DNA of 64,000 nucleotides from NCBI RefSeq assembly GCF_009914755.1, contig NC_060929.1. One strand, 5' to 3'. Below are positions 1 through 13,958 of the stretch, in pieces (the first letter of the stretch is position 1; each line of letters opens with the position of its first letter). Origin of the DNA: the human T2T-CHM13v2.0 reference genome, Homo sapiens. The translations under genes were made by a program, and so were the position numbers. The notes beneath the pieces were generated by a model. That model saw nothing but the letters and a program-made list of their open reading frames with translations, was not told where the DNA came from and searched no databases.

Positions 1-842
1 GTATTTGGTGGTCATTTCATGATAAGCAGAAAGAAAACTTTGGGATAGTGCTATTCTCTGCTGAAGGACGGATTTACCTGAATGATCTTCCAATTTTGAG
101 TCTGGGTAGAATCTAGGGTCCTAAGTCTTAAGTGTCTGCAAATTCATTTTACCAGGCAAGATAGACTTCTTTTTGCTTCTTCATGGTGAAGATCCTTGCA
201 ATAATCTCAGATCCTCAGGCTGGAAGCCGGTGCATTACCCCATGATGTACTTCTTTCACTAACCCATCAACTTCTATACTACCAGTGTAACACTCTTCTC
301 AACCGGACTGCCTCATATGGGGATATAGGCTTGCCATCTTTGTGTTTATTTTTTAAAACAATTGTTTGAGTTTCCATCCAGGTTTTCTTCAAAGGGAAGA
401 AATTTCCCCTAAATTACCAAGCCAGTTTCCTCTCATAAGGCATTGGATTAAGAGTGGCCAGTAGCTGAGTTTTGTGATTCTGAGGATAAGTAATAAGTCA
501 AAAAGAGCTGTTGGCTAATCCTTTAGAAGGATACTAAAAGAAGAGTAAGATGATCGTAAGCTTCCTAGATCCAGGCTGTTAAAATGACCTCCATATTACC
601 AAGACTTGTCAGTACTGTTAAGGGAAAAAAGAGGGGAACCCCTATATATAAAACCACAATCTTGTTTCATCTATAATACCCCTGGTCCCCCTCCTTCATC
701 TACACTGCCACCCCCACCTACACCCACCACTTGATCATTTTATAGCAGATATTTTATTACATTTTTGAAAGCAAAGGAAACATAAGACAGGTGTACTATT
801 TTAAGATTATATTAACATATTTCATGTTTCTTTAATGCCCCA

Positions 843-884
843 ACACACACACACATACACACACACACACACATACACACACAC
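843..884. repeat. (CA)n microsatellite, interrupted
   Basis: Directly visible, with two CATA interruptions. Confidence 0.95.
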
Positions 885-2404
885 CAAGAGCTGATCACTT
901 GAACAAATCATTAACCAATTGACTTGCTTCCCATTTCTGGTATAAGCTTCTGTACCAGTGCTTTATATTAATTACCAAAACCCTCCTGCAGACAGAGCAT
1001 GATACATCTTTAGTATAGGATGATGCAATAAAATGTTTATGCTGTGAAATTTGGGGACAAAATTTTTCATCATGGCATAATGTGCATGTATGGGCACACA
1101 TAGCTTTGTTTGTTTATTCTTTTTTCAGAAGTCCTTCCAATTCTAAAATGTATTGTAGTCTGACAGTGCCTCTAATATTGGTAATTCTTTTTAAGTTTAT
1201 AACTTTTCCCGAGTTTGTTTCTGCACTTTAAGGTTTCTTAACTAGGTTATTTCTAGTTGAGCTGTAATTTCAGTGTATAGTTCTCCAGAGTGTTTGTGCT
1301 AAGTGCTGAAGTTTCATTATTTTAAAGCTACCTCCCTGAAAGTATATTACAAATGTTCTACAATTGTAATATAGTGATTCACACACAAAAAAATCCCTAT
1401 TATCAGCATACCTAAACTACACACTAAATATTTAAGAAAAAAAAAGTGGAAACATTAGTAGCTTTTATACTGGAATCTTGCCATTTCTTTTTCAATTTAG
1501 AATAGAATTTGGTTGTCTTATCTTGGTACTCTGTGCTTCATGACATATCTGAAAGCATTCTTTTGGCATGGATCTGGAAGATAGTTTTAGAGCCAGACAT
1601 CAGTGTAGTAGTTCTCAAGATACTGAAAATTCATAACATTCTTATGGGTATAATAAAAAATGTTTACATATTGAATTCTATGAATTCTATAATATAAAGT
1701 AGGAGCACACTTACTATGTGAAATATAACTCCTATGCAATATAAAAGTAAAATTATAAGCATATTTCCATAAACAGTAAAAGCTATTAAATCTAAGCATG
1801 ATTGACAATTTCAAATGTTCCAATATCATTTAGGCATAATACTTCAAAGATTTCAAGCCCTTTTTCTGCTAGCATTCAGAAAAGTAGAGGACAAGAAAGG
1901 ATGAAGAAAAGCTTACAGTGAAAAAATCTTAAAATTGAGAGAATTCAATCTATTAACTTTAATCTATAAACCTTTTTTCTCCGAACTGGGTACATTGGCA
2001 TCATTATTTGATTTTAGCAGCAAACATTTGGGTTTAGCTTATGGAAGGCAGATGTCCTGTGGGAACGTGACTTGAAGTCACCATATAACTTCCCGCTAAA
2101 TAAACATCTGAACTGTAACTTGACAGCTACCAAGTGAGGTCAAGTGTCTGAAAGTGCTGTGTACACCACATAAGCACGTTTTCCTTATGTGAAGGATGCA
2201 TTTCTAGCAATGTGTATCAGACTTTCAAGTACTCAAAACATACTTGCTGCCAAACTTTGCCACCCACCACTAACCTCCATTTGATCCTTAGAAGGTAGAA
2301 ACTTATTTTACAATAGAAAAAGAGATTATTTTATTTGTATGATGTCCCTAAAATTATTTCTTGGTATTGATAGACCTAGGTTTATCTTATTTCAAGTTTG
2401 CCTT

Positions 2405-3420
2405 ATTTTTTAAGAGGTTTATTGAGATATAACTCACATACATGCAATTTACCCATTTAAAGTGTACAATTTAATGGCTTCTAGTATATTTACAGAGTTG
2501 TGCATCCATCATCACAATCAATTTTAGGACATTTTTATCACCCCAGAAATAAAGCCTGCATTCGTTGGCCATCACCCCCCGATTCCCCCAAGCCCTCAGC
2601 CCCAGGCAAACTCTAGTCTACTTTCTTTCTCTATAGATCTACCTATTATGAACATGTCATGTAAGTGATATCATTCAATATATGGTCCTTTGTGACTGGC
2701 TTTTTTCACTCAGCACAATGTTTTCAAGATTCATCCATGGTGTTGTATATATCAGTACTTCGTTCCTTTTTATAGCTGAATAATAATATGATACATACAT
2801 ATTGCATATACATGGACATGTGATATGTCCATATAATGGAATATTACCCATTCATATAATGAACATATCACATGTCCATATTCCATATATGACATGTCCA
2901 TATAATGGAATATTATCCATTCATTAGTTAGATATTTGGGTTTTTCCTATTTTTTGGTTTGGTTTGGTTTTTGCTATTATAAATAAGGCTGCTTTGAACA
3001 TTCATGGACATACATTTTCATTTCTCTTGTGTATTTACTTAGGAATAGAATTGCTGGGTCATATGATAACTCTTCTTAGCCTTTTGAAGAATTACCATGC
3101 CATTTTCCAAAGTGGCTGCACTATTTTACATCCCCAGCAGCAGTGTATGAGTGTTCTAATTTCTCCACTTTCTTACCAACACTTCTTATTATCTGTCTTT
3201 TAGTTATTATTCATCTTTTTATCAGGGTGGGTATTAAATGCTGTCTCACTGTGGTTTGATTTGCACTTCTCTGAAGGCTAATAATGTCAAGTATATTTTT
3301 ATGTGCCTATTAGTCATTCATACATCTTCTTTAGAGAAATGTCTATTCAGATCCTTTGCCCATTTTTTAATGGGGGTGGCTTTTTGTTATTGAATTGTAA
3401 TCGTTCTTTATATATTAAAC
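2405..3420 (-). mobile_element. Old LINE-1 3' fragment (L1M/L1MB-like)
   Basis: Typical antisense L1M 3' UTR text: ttattgagatataactcacatac..., ttttcaagattcatccatg..., agaaatgtctattcagatcctttgccca. Confidence 0.85.
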
Positions 3421-3578
3421 TTACACCTTGTAAAAACGCTGGGCACTAGACTATACAGGGATTACTGTACCACTTGTCATAAATCATAGCTATGGTCCTC
3501 CTTGAGAAGAATTCCTTACTGTAGTTAACACCTGCTCTAAATAAGCACTCTGAAGTGCTTCTTACAAAGGGTAACGTG

Positions 3579-3960
<382 letters not shown>

Positions 3961-5177
3961 TTATATTATTATGTACTTTTGAAGTAAAACGTCTCCCCCC
4001 ACCCCCCATAGCAAAGAGATATAATAGCCAAAACCAAAAAGGAAATACAGTGGGATGTCATTAGTAATACCTTTTGTTTGTCTTAGGTGTGAGAGGATTC
4101 TTGCTCTTATCCGTGTGATACATGTTTTGGCTAAAGCTTTGAAGTCATAAGATATGTAGTCTAGGTATTGTAATTGTGCATTTCATATTTCAAAAATTGT
4201 AAAATTCAAATGTTAAGTCTTTGGCTACACTAAAATAATTGTTGAAATCCCTTAAAATGTAGATGGTAAACTCATCAGTTATAACTTTTTGTTGCACTAA
4301 AATATGAGTTTATTTCTTTAGTTGTAGTGAATAAAAATAAAGTTAATTACAAAAGTAAAGCAGGTAACACAACTATTTGAATATGCTTAACACTATTGAA
4401 CTGTACCTCTAAAAATAGTTAAGATGGCACATTTTATTATGTGTTTTATACCATAATTAAAATTTTCAAAAATAAGGCAGATATAAATATTTTAATGTCA
4501 ATTCTTTTGAGTGGACTATTCTAAATGATTATTTGCTTATCAGTCTAACTTAAGCACAGTTAATCACTTTTACACTGCTTTGAGTTAGATAGCTGCTCCC
4601 TATCCTAAATTTTACTTTCTAAGATGAGTAATACAGATACTCAAGTTAACCAGGATGTTAGTCTGTGGGTCAGTGATCAGGTATCTCCAAGTCAAGACAT
4701 TCCTCAGCCGCCCCTGTGGTTGTCCTGTGAGGTGGTTGGTGGTGAGGGTGGGCCTGGGGGGAGACAACTGCAACAGGAGGACCTCTGGATTACATACCCA
4801 AGTTCCCTCTCAGGAATGTGGATGCTAAAAGTGAAGTGCTGATAACAAATCTCACTGGTATGAAGTAGATTTTACAAGCTGCTTCAGTCTCAGGCTATAT
4901 CTCAATTTATGGGGCGGCGTCATTGCTGAAAGTTCTGTGTAGGTCTTTTACCATAGTATTGAATTTTACATTCATTATAATGCTTTTTATTATGAGCTCT
5001 AATTCCAAGTTAGTTATTTTTAATTCAGAAAGAAAGTAAATATTTGCTTTCTGGAGGTAACTGCACTTGAGTATCTGCAAGGAGAGCCCCTCAAGTTCTG
5101 TTTTTGGGGATCCTCCCCTTTTGAAAACACTAATCGGACCTCAAAACCAGATTTTATCTTTGAGGACTGACTTCCAC

Positions 5178-5181
<4 letters not shown>

Positions 5182-5209
<28 letters not shown>

Positions 5210-5485
5210 GATAGAGTCTCACTCTCACCCAGGCCAGAGTGCAGTGGCGTGTTCTCGGCTCACTGTAACCTCCGCCTCCCAGGTTCAAGCAATTCTCTTC
5301 CCCAGCTGCCCAAGTAGCTGGAATTACAGGTGCCTACCACCACGCCCAGTTAATTTTTACATTTTTAGTATAGACAGGTTTCACCATCTTGGCCAGGCTG
5401 GTCTTGAACTCCTGACCTTGTGATCTACCCCCACCTCGGCCTCCCAAAGTGCTGGGATTACAGATGTGAGCCACCGCGCCCGGCC
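5182..5485 (-). mobile_element. AluS
   Basis: Poly-T then reverse-complement Alu. TSD tccactgcc / tccattgcc. Confidence 0.95.
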
Positions 5486-8400
5486 CTCCATTGCCTTTTG
5501 ACCATCAACAAAAAAGGCCAAAGTGAAGCTTGCTGGAAAGGCTTTGTAAGCCAACCATTCTCAGTAATTTTGGGGTTGTTTCATTCGTCTTTATTTGGAC
5601 GAGGTTAAAATCAGTTGCACATTTGTACTGAGCATTTTGGAGTCCTGTTATTTGAATTATCCATTATTTCCTATATAATTGGAGAGTTAGGGTTAATGTT
5701 TTCTTCTATCTCATGTCTTGAATTCCCAGCAGAGGCTACACAAAATTTACTTCTACTTCATATACCAGTTTATCATGGTACAGATTATTGGTCATTTTTA
5801 TTCTTGAATAGAGCTACAGGCCAAGCAACTTCTTGCATTGATATTGATGTCTTCTTTCACATATGTAAGTAATATATGTAGTGATTACAAGACATTCCTT
5901 TTGTTCATTAAAGAAAACCCCCAGGAGACTCTTTGGAGTAAGCTATGGGTAACCCACTGAATACTCTTTAAAGAAGCAAACCTATATCATTAAGGGAAAG
6001 CTAAAGATACGTAAGTTTTTTGAAGTTGACATCAAGGAGGGCAGCATTGCTTGGCTGGTGCAACTGCCAAAGACAGGACAGATTATTGGTCTGACGAAGG
6101 ACAATCTGGAATTGTAAAGAACGCTGATAGAATATTGCATGGACAAGTTTAGATAACAAGGGCTGGTATTTTTCACTAACACTTGGTTTCCTCTGTGTGT
6201 TTTGCTTTTTCAGATTTATCTTTTCTGTGTTGAAATCCACACAAGGGACATAAAATAACCCTCAAAAAAATATAAACACAATATCCAAACCTTTTGGAAA
6301 TTTAAATGTTAAGTATTATTCAGTAATGTCTGCCCACTGTAGTTGGACAAAACCACATTCAGGTCTATGTGTCAGCTTTGTCCCTCAGCCCTGTGATTTG
6401 CTTTTGGTGGCTCAGGGCCAGCTCTCCAAGGGCAAGCTCCATGAAGGCAGACAGTGCGTCTCCATTTTGATGAAGGCTTGCAGTCAAGGTCCTCAGTGTG
6501 TGTTAGAGAGGCATAGAGCTCTGCAAGGGTAAGTTCATGTCTATAACAATAATTGACCTCCCTAGTGGAAAGACAGGATTTTCCCAAGGAAAATAGTTTG
6601 CGGTGTCATATTTGTGGTCTCTCTAGAGAGACAATTCCGTAAGTGGTTCCTAAGCCTTGGAAAATTCTCTTTTACAATAGTACCCACAAATAATGTTCAA
6701 AGAGCTATTTTTGAGGAAAGGATTCCTCACATTTTTGCAGGTGTAAGTCATTCCTGCCTCAGTGGAGTACAAAGAGTGATGTGAGGGAAGCAGAGCTGCT
6801 GGCAGGAATTTTAAAAGTATACTATATTTGTCCCACATTAACTGTGCTTCTGGGGTATAAAGGTCAGGGATAGAACTGGTCCTGTGGGATGTTTCTCATC
6901 GAAACCACCTCTATTCCAAAGCCTTGGTGTCACTAGCCAAGATGTATCTATTCTAATAAAATATAGGTCTCATATGACACCACATTACAAAATACAAATT
7001 TTCATTTGTTTTTGTTTATCTAGTCTATTGGAAATGTGTGGTTCTTTTGTAGTTTCAGTTAAGAGTCTAATTTGGTCATTTGCCTCTTAAAATACTCTTC
7101 AAGTCCTGTGAGTACTCAACAAACACTCACTGTTGACCAATTTCTATTTCCAGCCACATACTGTTCATAATGAAACCTACTTAGAGGATTTGAATGAAAT
7201 AATTTAATTATTTTCAATGTACAAGAGGCAAAATTATCTGCCATGAATTTCTCTGGAGTAAAGCATCCTCAGTCCATCCAAGTAAATGTTTCCATTTTTG
7301 ATGTTCAATCAAGAAACATTCAAATTCAACTGCATTTTTTGTTAAGAAGAATATTTCCTTTGGCATTCAAAATGATCCCAAACATTGCTTGGAAGAGAGA
7401 AGTGGGGAGAGAGACCACATGTATTAAAGCACATTTAACCAATTTTACTTTGGCACATTTTGTTTTGCCATTCCACCTATCAGTCTTCTCACAACCGAAG
7501 AGCACTTATAAACATTAAGATAGAATTTTAATCTTTCATGGAAGGAGCTTTTTGTCAGCATTGGAAAAAGGGAGATTTGGGTCAAATTTTGACTGAAGGG
7601 CCATTTCCTTAGCAAACATCCAGACTCCAGGGATCCATTTTGTTTTATTTTTGCCATTGAAAACTGTTTTTGAGAAAAGGCAAAAGTCAAAATTATTAGG
7701 CTTTAAAAGACAGCAGTTTCTTTTATCACAATTTGCCACACTAACTTCGTGGCTTCTTGTTTGTTTGTTTGTTTATTGTTTTTAATTTATTCCAATATTT
7801 ATTGGGAGGAGACTAAAATCAGCTGTAAGTGTATGGTGAACATTTTGGAGTTAGGGTTAATGTGTAAGCCATTCTGCATTTCTTTCATCACTGAGATTTT
7901 TATTTAATTAACGCATTAATTATCATGAAGCTTACTATTTGGTGTCTGCTTATCTCTTTTTTTGAGGACCAAGCATATAAATATGCGAGGAATAGTGTTT
8001 TATTATTCTAAATACCTTGCCATTATTAAGAGTTTTTTTATGATTATACTGTCTCAATGTTGAAAGAAAAATTTTTAAAGATTTGCATTTCAATTTTTTT
8101 ACCTATAGGCAAGACTGTACCACTCTGGGCAACAAACTTAAGTTTCAGAAATTTAACTTAGGAACTTTTCAAGGAAATTTGAGATTTGTGTCAAGAAACC
8201 CTTTTATTAACGATTAATGTAAAATTTGGAATACGGTTAAGTTAATGTGAACCTGCAAAATCTACCATTTTTGCCTCCATAATAAGTCAGACCTTGTACA
8301 ACTTAAAAATGCATTCTGTCCCACGTTTCATGCTGTCCCTTCCTCAGAATAGTCTGGGAGTTCAGCTTTTATAACCTTTGGTTGCCCTTGGAAGGTATTT

Positions 8401-8915
8401 ATGGCTTGGATGGGCTTTGTTCATAATCACTGTGTTCTTGTAGGATAACCCCCCTGGCCTTCTTGTGACACTGAGCTACTGATAACAACTTCTCACGTGT
8501 ACAGATAATCCAAATCCACATTCAAAAAGTGCAGCGTCATCAAGACAGACTTGAAAAGGCTTTTTTAGGCATCAACAGGTCATTAAAGATAGCACATCTC
8601 ACCATTTTTCCCTTCAACTACATACATTGTGAAGACTTAATGGGGGAAGGTGTAAGATTTTGATCTCTCATGATCCTGTGTTAATGGCCTGTGGTTCAAG
8701 GGTTACTAAGATTGCAATAGAAGAAAAAAAATATAAAAGCAAAAAAATTTCCCAAGAAACTACCACAAATACATACTTTTATACTGCACATAATGAACAT
8801 TCCCGACTGTACAGTGCTATAATTATAGTCCTTATGTATGTTTAATTGTAAAAGTCACACATCTACCCTACTTGAATGAATGTATCTGATTGACTCATTG
8901 GTAAAAGATTATTTA

Positions 8916-9423
<508 letters not shown>

Positions 9424-12133
9424 TTATTCTAAAACAATTCCTGACTGTGTTGAAATAATGAGGTACAGTTCACTTTGAGAAAATACCCTAAAGAAAAGTC
9501 CTGATCAATGATTCTCAAAATTTTTCCGGTCTCAATATACTTATGGGATAAAAAGTCATTCTTCTCAGTAATTAATAGTAGCTAATATAACCCTTTGCTT
9601 TTGTGTTTATTGTTGGTGTAGAGAGAGCAGAAGGAGCTATGTTAATTTGTATGGCTTTTAAAAACTAAAGATTATTCTGATATCCCAATATTCATTTCCC
9701 CCAGTCCTCAACCCTTGAGTGAGATGGGCCTTCCCCATTGAAAATCACTGTGTGAGTTTTCCAAAAACAATTAATTATAATACGTTCCATCATGGATTAC
9801 TTTAGTGCACTTAAAATTTGACTCAAAATTTTACAAGCATTGATTTTACTTTCAGAAATACGTTTGTGGGCAGATGTGAAATTTTCCTATGGGAATATCA
9901 GTCTACCTTACTGTTTTGGGGACATCCAAGTCTTAGTGTAGAGGCGGGTGGGGAAACTAGATTAAATGTTGAGTGAACTTGTCTACTGTTTCTACCTTGA
10001 CCTCTAACTCTCAGGTGAGGGTGGAAGTCCTCTCTCCTGAATACAGGATAGGGATTGTCTATAGTCTGAGGGAAAGGCTGCTTTCCACTGGGGTCATTTA
10101 TCCATCTGTAAAAGAGGATTTTTCTCCCCTTAAATATAATCATAATACCCATTATCACTTGTTAAAACATAAATAATAATCCTTTAATAATGCCATTAGT
10201 CAGTTTTCAAAAATCCCCATTTCTTTTCTTTCTCTTTTCACAGTTTGTTTGAATCAAGCCATATTCATACATTGAATTTGTTTGACAGAGTCTCTGAATC
10301 TGTTAAGTTTGAAGGCTAGCTCTCACATTCTCTATCACCAGCTTTATCTCTGTCTTCCTTTCCCACCCTTCTTATTTGTAATTTGTTTGTTAAAGAGATC
10401 AGGTTGTCAGGTAAAATTAGTCTTCCACAATCTGGATTTTGATGATTATGTCACCATGGTATTGTTTAACATCTTTCTCTTTCCCCCAAACCATTGGTTT
10501 TCAGTCATGAGAGATAGATATAAGCATTAAAACTCTATAGCTGAAATGGCCTTGAAGATCCTTTGTAACCCATAGCTTTTAAAAGCTGGTACAAGTCAAT
10601 TGGCCAAAGGATATTGAGTTAGGCAGGGCCAGCCTTTGGCAATGCAATTGCTGCTTCCTCAGACTCAACAAAAATTATTTGTTTTCTTTGAAAATGGGAA
10701 AAAGCTACAGGATAAGTCATAAGGCATAAGCATAACTAGAATTGTCTGCAAAATAAGCTTATACACATGGTAAAGGCCTCATGATTCTAAGCCTGTGTCC
10801 CAGGTTCCCTTTCAAGTTACCAAGATTTGCAGAGTTACTTCATTATTATGAAGATGGTGAGTGCATGCAGAACAAATGTATTCCTGGTAAAAGAACATTA
10901 ACATGATGGGGAATGCAGCTATTCTAGATGTGATATATAAGAGTAGGGAAACTAAGTTTTTTTTAAAAAAAAAAAAAAAAAAAAAGGAAATATAGAAACT
11001 AGGGGCTAAACTAGTAACTTGGCCCCTCCTTGGGTTCCTTCCCCACACCAGGCTTGCTGACTCTTCCTCCCTAACTCCACCGACCTCTACTATGGCCACC
11101 ATCTGCACCCTAGTCTGGGCAACACCATATTGATCCTAATCTACACTAACTTCCTTTCTAGTCTCCCTGCCATCCGCCTACCCCACAATCCAGGGTCTTG
11201 CTCTTTTCTTACCTACTTTTTTTGCACAAAGGTAGCATGTTCTTCCTAAAACTCAACTCTGGGCTCATTCCCCACATTGCTTTTGGAATAAAGATCAAAC
11301 TTCTCACATGGCTCCAGCTTGTGCCTTTCTGTCTTATTTCTCACTCCTCCTCCCCACCCTCCCACCCCCAGCCCAACCCCACTCCCACCCTAGTGTCTGC
11401 CTGGACTCTTTTCCCCAGCTTCTTCACCTGAAACCCCTCCTTACCCTCAGGTCTTACCTTGCATGTCACTTTCTCCAGGAAACATCTCCTACACACACAG
11501 TACAGTTAGGCAGCCCCATTGCCAGCCTCCACCTCCTCCAGCCAACTGTGTCATGAAAACAGGGACCATTTTGTTCAGCTCTCCATCCCTGGGGACAGAC
11601 AGAAATCATCTTTCGAGATTCCAGAGAGTCTTAAGTTATTTTATAAAGTGTTGTGAAAGTCTCCACTTTCATGTTAAAAAGTACTATATGCTGCATAACA
11701 TTTTTCAGAAAGGGTTATTATGGAAGGGCCGAGGGTCAAAGTTCCAAGGTCCTGAAAGTATTACACTGCTTCCCTGAGCAGTGTCAGACCAGAAAAACCA
11801 ACACCGGACTCTTGACTCAGGGAAATATTGCACCCTACTGCCAATTTATGTGGTTGGCTTTTTTATCTTTTTAAACAGGCAAAGAGAGCTTTGCCATGCT
11901 TTTCCTGGAAAGATTCACTGATTCAATCCTTCAGCTAATATTTGGTGGAATGCCTACTAAAGCCATGGCATGCAATTCTGCCGTAGGACATGAAGTCGTG
12001 TGTGCCTGCTGTTGAAAGCAGTGAGTGTTACATGAGAGTTTTCTGATTGCCAGCTAGTTTGCTTCCCTGACAGGCATTTCCAGATGTGAGGAAAGATTTA
12101 TTTTGGCACTCCCAGCTCCAAGTGGCGTGAGCG

Positions 12134-12162
12134 CACACACACATACACACACACACACACAC
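12134..12162. repeat. (CA)n microsatellite
   Basis: Directly visible. Confidence 0.95.
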
Positions 12163-13656
12163 AACATTCACTCTCCTTCAGTGCTTAGGATCATCATCCT
12201 CTGCCTTCAAAGTTGGTAAATTGAGTTTGCGCTACAGCAGAATAGCTGGCTGTTGGTAACTTTCAAGGGGAGAAAGGGCATCTCTCCCTCCCCTGCAGCT
12301 GAGTACAACAGCTTAAAAATAGAACAATGTGTGTTTGGTGTGTTCTTTTCATCCTCTGCATCAATAACAGGTGTACAGTTACAGACACAAAGAGCTAGAT
12401 TCACGTCTTCTGAAGCCTCCAGAGAATTCCCAGAGTTACCCATGGAGCAAGAACTGGGCCTAAAATATTTAGTAAAAAGAAAGTAACCCAATATATCTAT
12501 GTATTACTAACACTGCTGTCTCACATGGCTTTATTCTTCTCCTCCCATAGTGATCCCCAGATGTAAATGCACAGCGGAAGAAAATTTTACCAAGAACAAT
12601 TCTTAGCGACATTACATACCCACACTTTCCCCAAAACAAAATAAAGTTAATACCTCTAAAAATTGAACTACAGAAATTGGCGTGACTGCTGTGAATAGCA
12701 AACTTGGAAATGCTTTGGGTGAGGGTACAATACTGAACATTCAAATGCTTCCACTGGATAATGCAGGTCTAGCTTCATAAACCCAGTGTGAGAAGTCAGA
12801 TTGATTTGCTAGTTTGCTTTTTATGCATTTTCTAAGATGTTTCTTCTTGTTTTATGACCTCTTAGAAGCACTGACCTCATATTTGCCTTGAGATTGAATG
12901 CTTTGCCCATCTTGCTGCACATCTGTGATCATTAATGGTATTACTTAATGAATAAGTTAGCATGTAAATTTGCAATGTGGAAACTGCATCCCCTGCCATC
13001 ACACTTCTCAGCAGCTGCTTACAATTCTTTCACGTTCCCTCCCCAAGGAAATGGTTCATAACAGAATTGAACAGATGCTAGGTGTTTGGCAGCATTGTGA
13101 GCGACACTGGTTTTCAAAATTTAGGTTATTTCATGTCAGATAATTACAATTTCAACAGCTTTTAGGCCTTTAATGTGTGGCGGTGTTCACATAAATACTT
13201 AACCTCTGACTCCACATTTACCCCTCCCAAGTTCCCCTAACTTATTTATTGGTTCTGACAACACCACTACTAAATTCTTGGCTCTCAAAGTCGAATCTGG
13301 TAAACACGCATGGGCAGATCTGACTTGGCACTAAAATTGCTCCTTCTTTCTAGATGAGCTTTTACAGTTGTTCCTGACAGCAGTCAAGTGTTGCCAGAAC
13401 TCCAATGTATAGTTTAGTAGAGTTTCCCAAGTGCCTCTCTCCTGGGCCCCTCGCTTCTGACACACACAGATCTCTTCTTTCTCAACCTGATGCACTGTTC
13501 TGTCTCATGGAATGCTGTGATGCCCTGGACTTGTGAGCTTTGAGAGCAAACACTAGGTCTTTCTAGAGCTCCTGAGAGTGGCATACAATAAGTGCTCAAT
13601 AAATGCATCCCACATGAGCTGAGGATAATTAGCTAAAAATAAGGAAAATATTGATG

Positions 13657-13958
13657 CTTTTGTTTGTTTGTTTTGTTTTTGAGAGAGCCTCGCTCTGTCG
13701 CCCAGACTGGAGTGCAGTGGTGCGATCTTGGCTCACTGCAACCTTCGCCTCCTGAGTTCAAGTGATTCTCCTGCCTCAGCCTCCTGAGTAGTTGGGATTA
13801 CAGGCATGTGCCACCACATCCAGCTAATTTTTGTATTTTTCGTAGAGACAGGGTTTTGCCATGTTGGTCAGGCTGGTCTCGAACTCCTGACCTCGTGATC
13901 CACCCTCCTCAGCCTCCAAAAGTGCTGGGATTACAGGTGTGAGCCACCACGCCCAGCC
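13657..13958 (-). mobile_element. AluS
   Basis: (TTTG)n tail followed by reverse-complement Alu ending CCACGCCCAGCC. Confidence 0.95.

Noticed and set aside
3543-3560. Hairpin AAGCACT-ctga-AGTGCTT
   Set aside because: A 7-bp stem is frequent by chance, with no ncRNA features.
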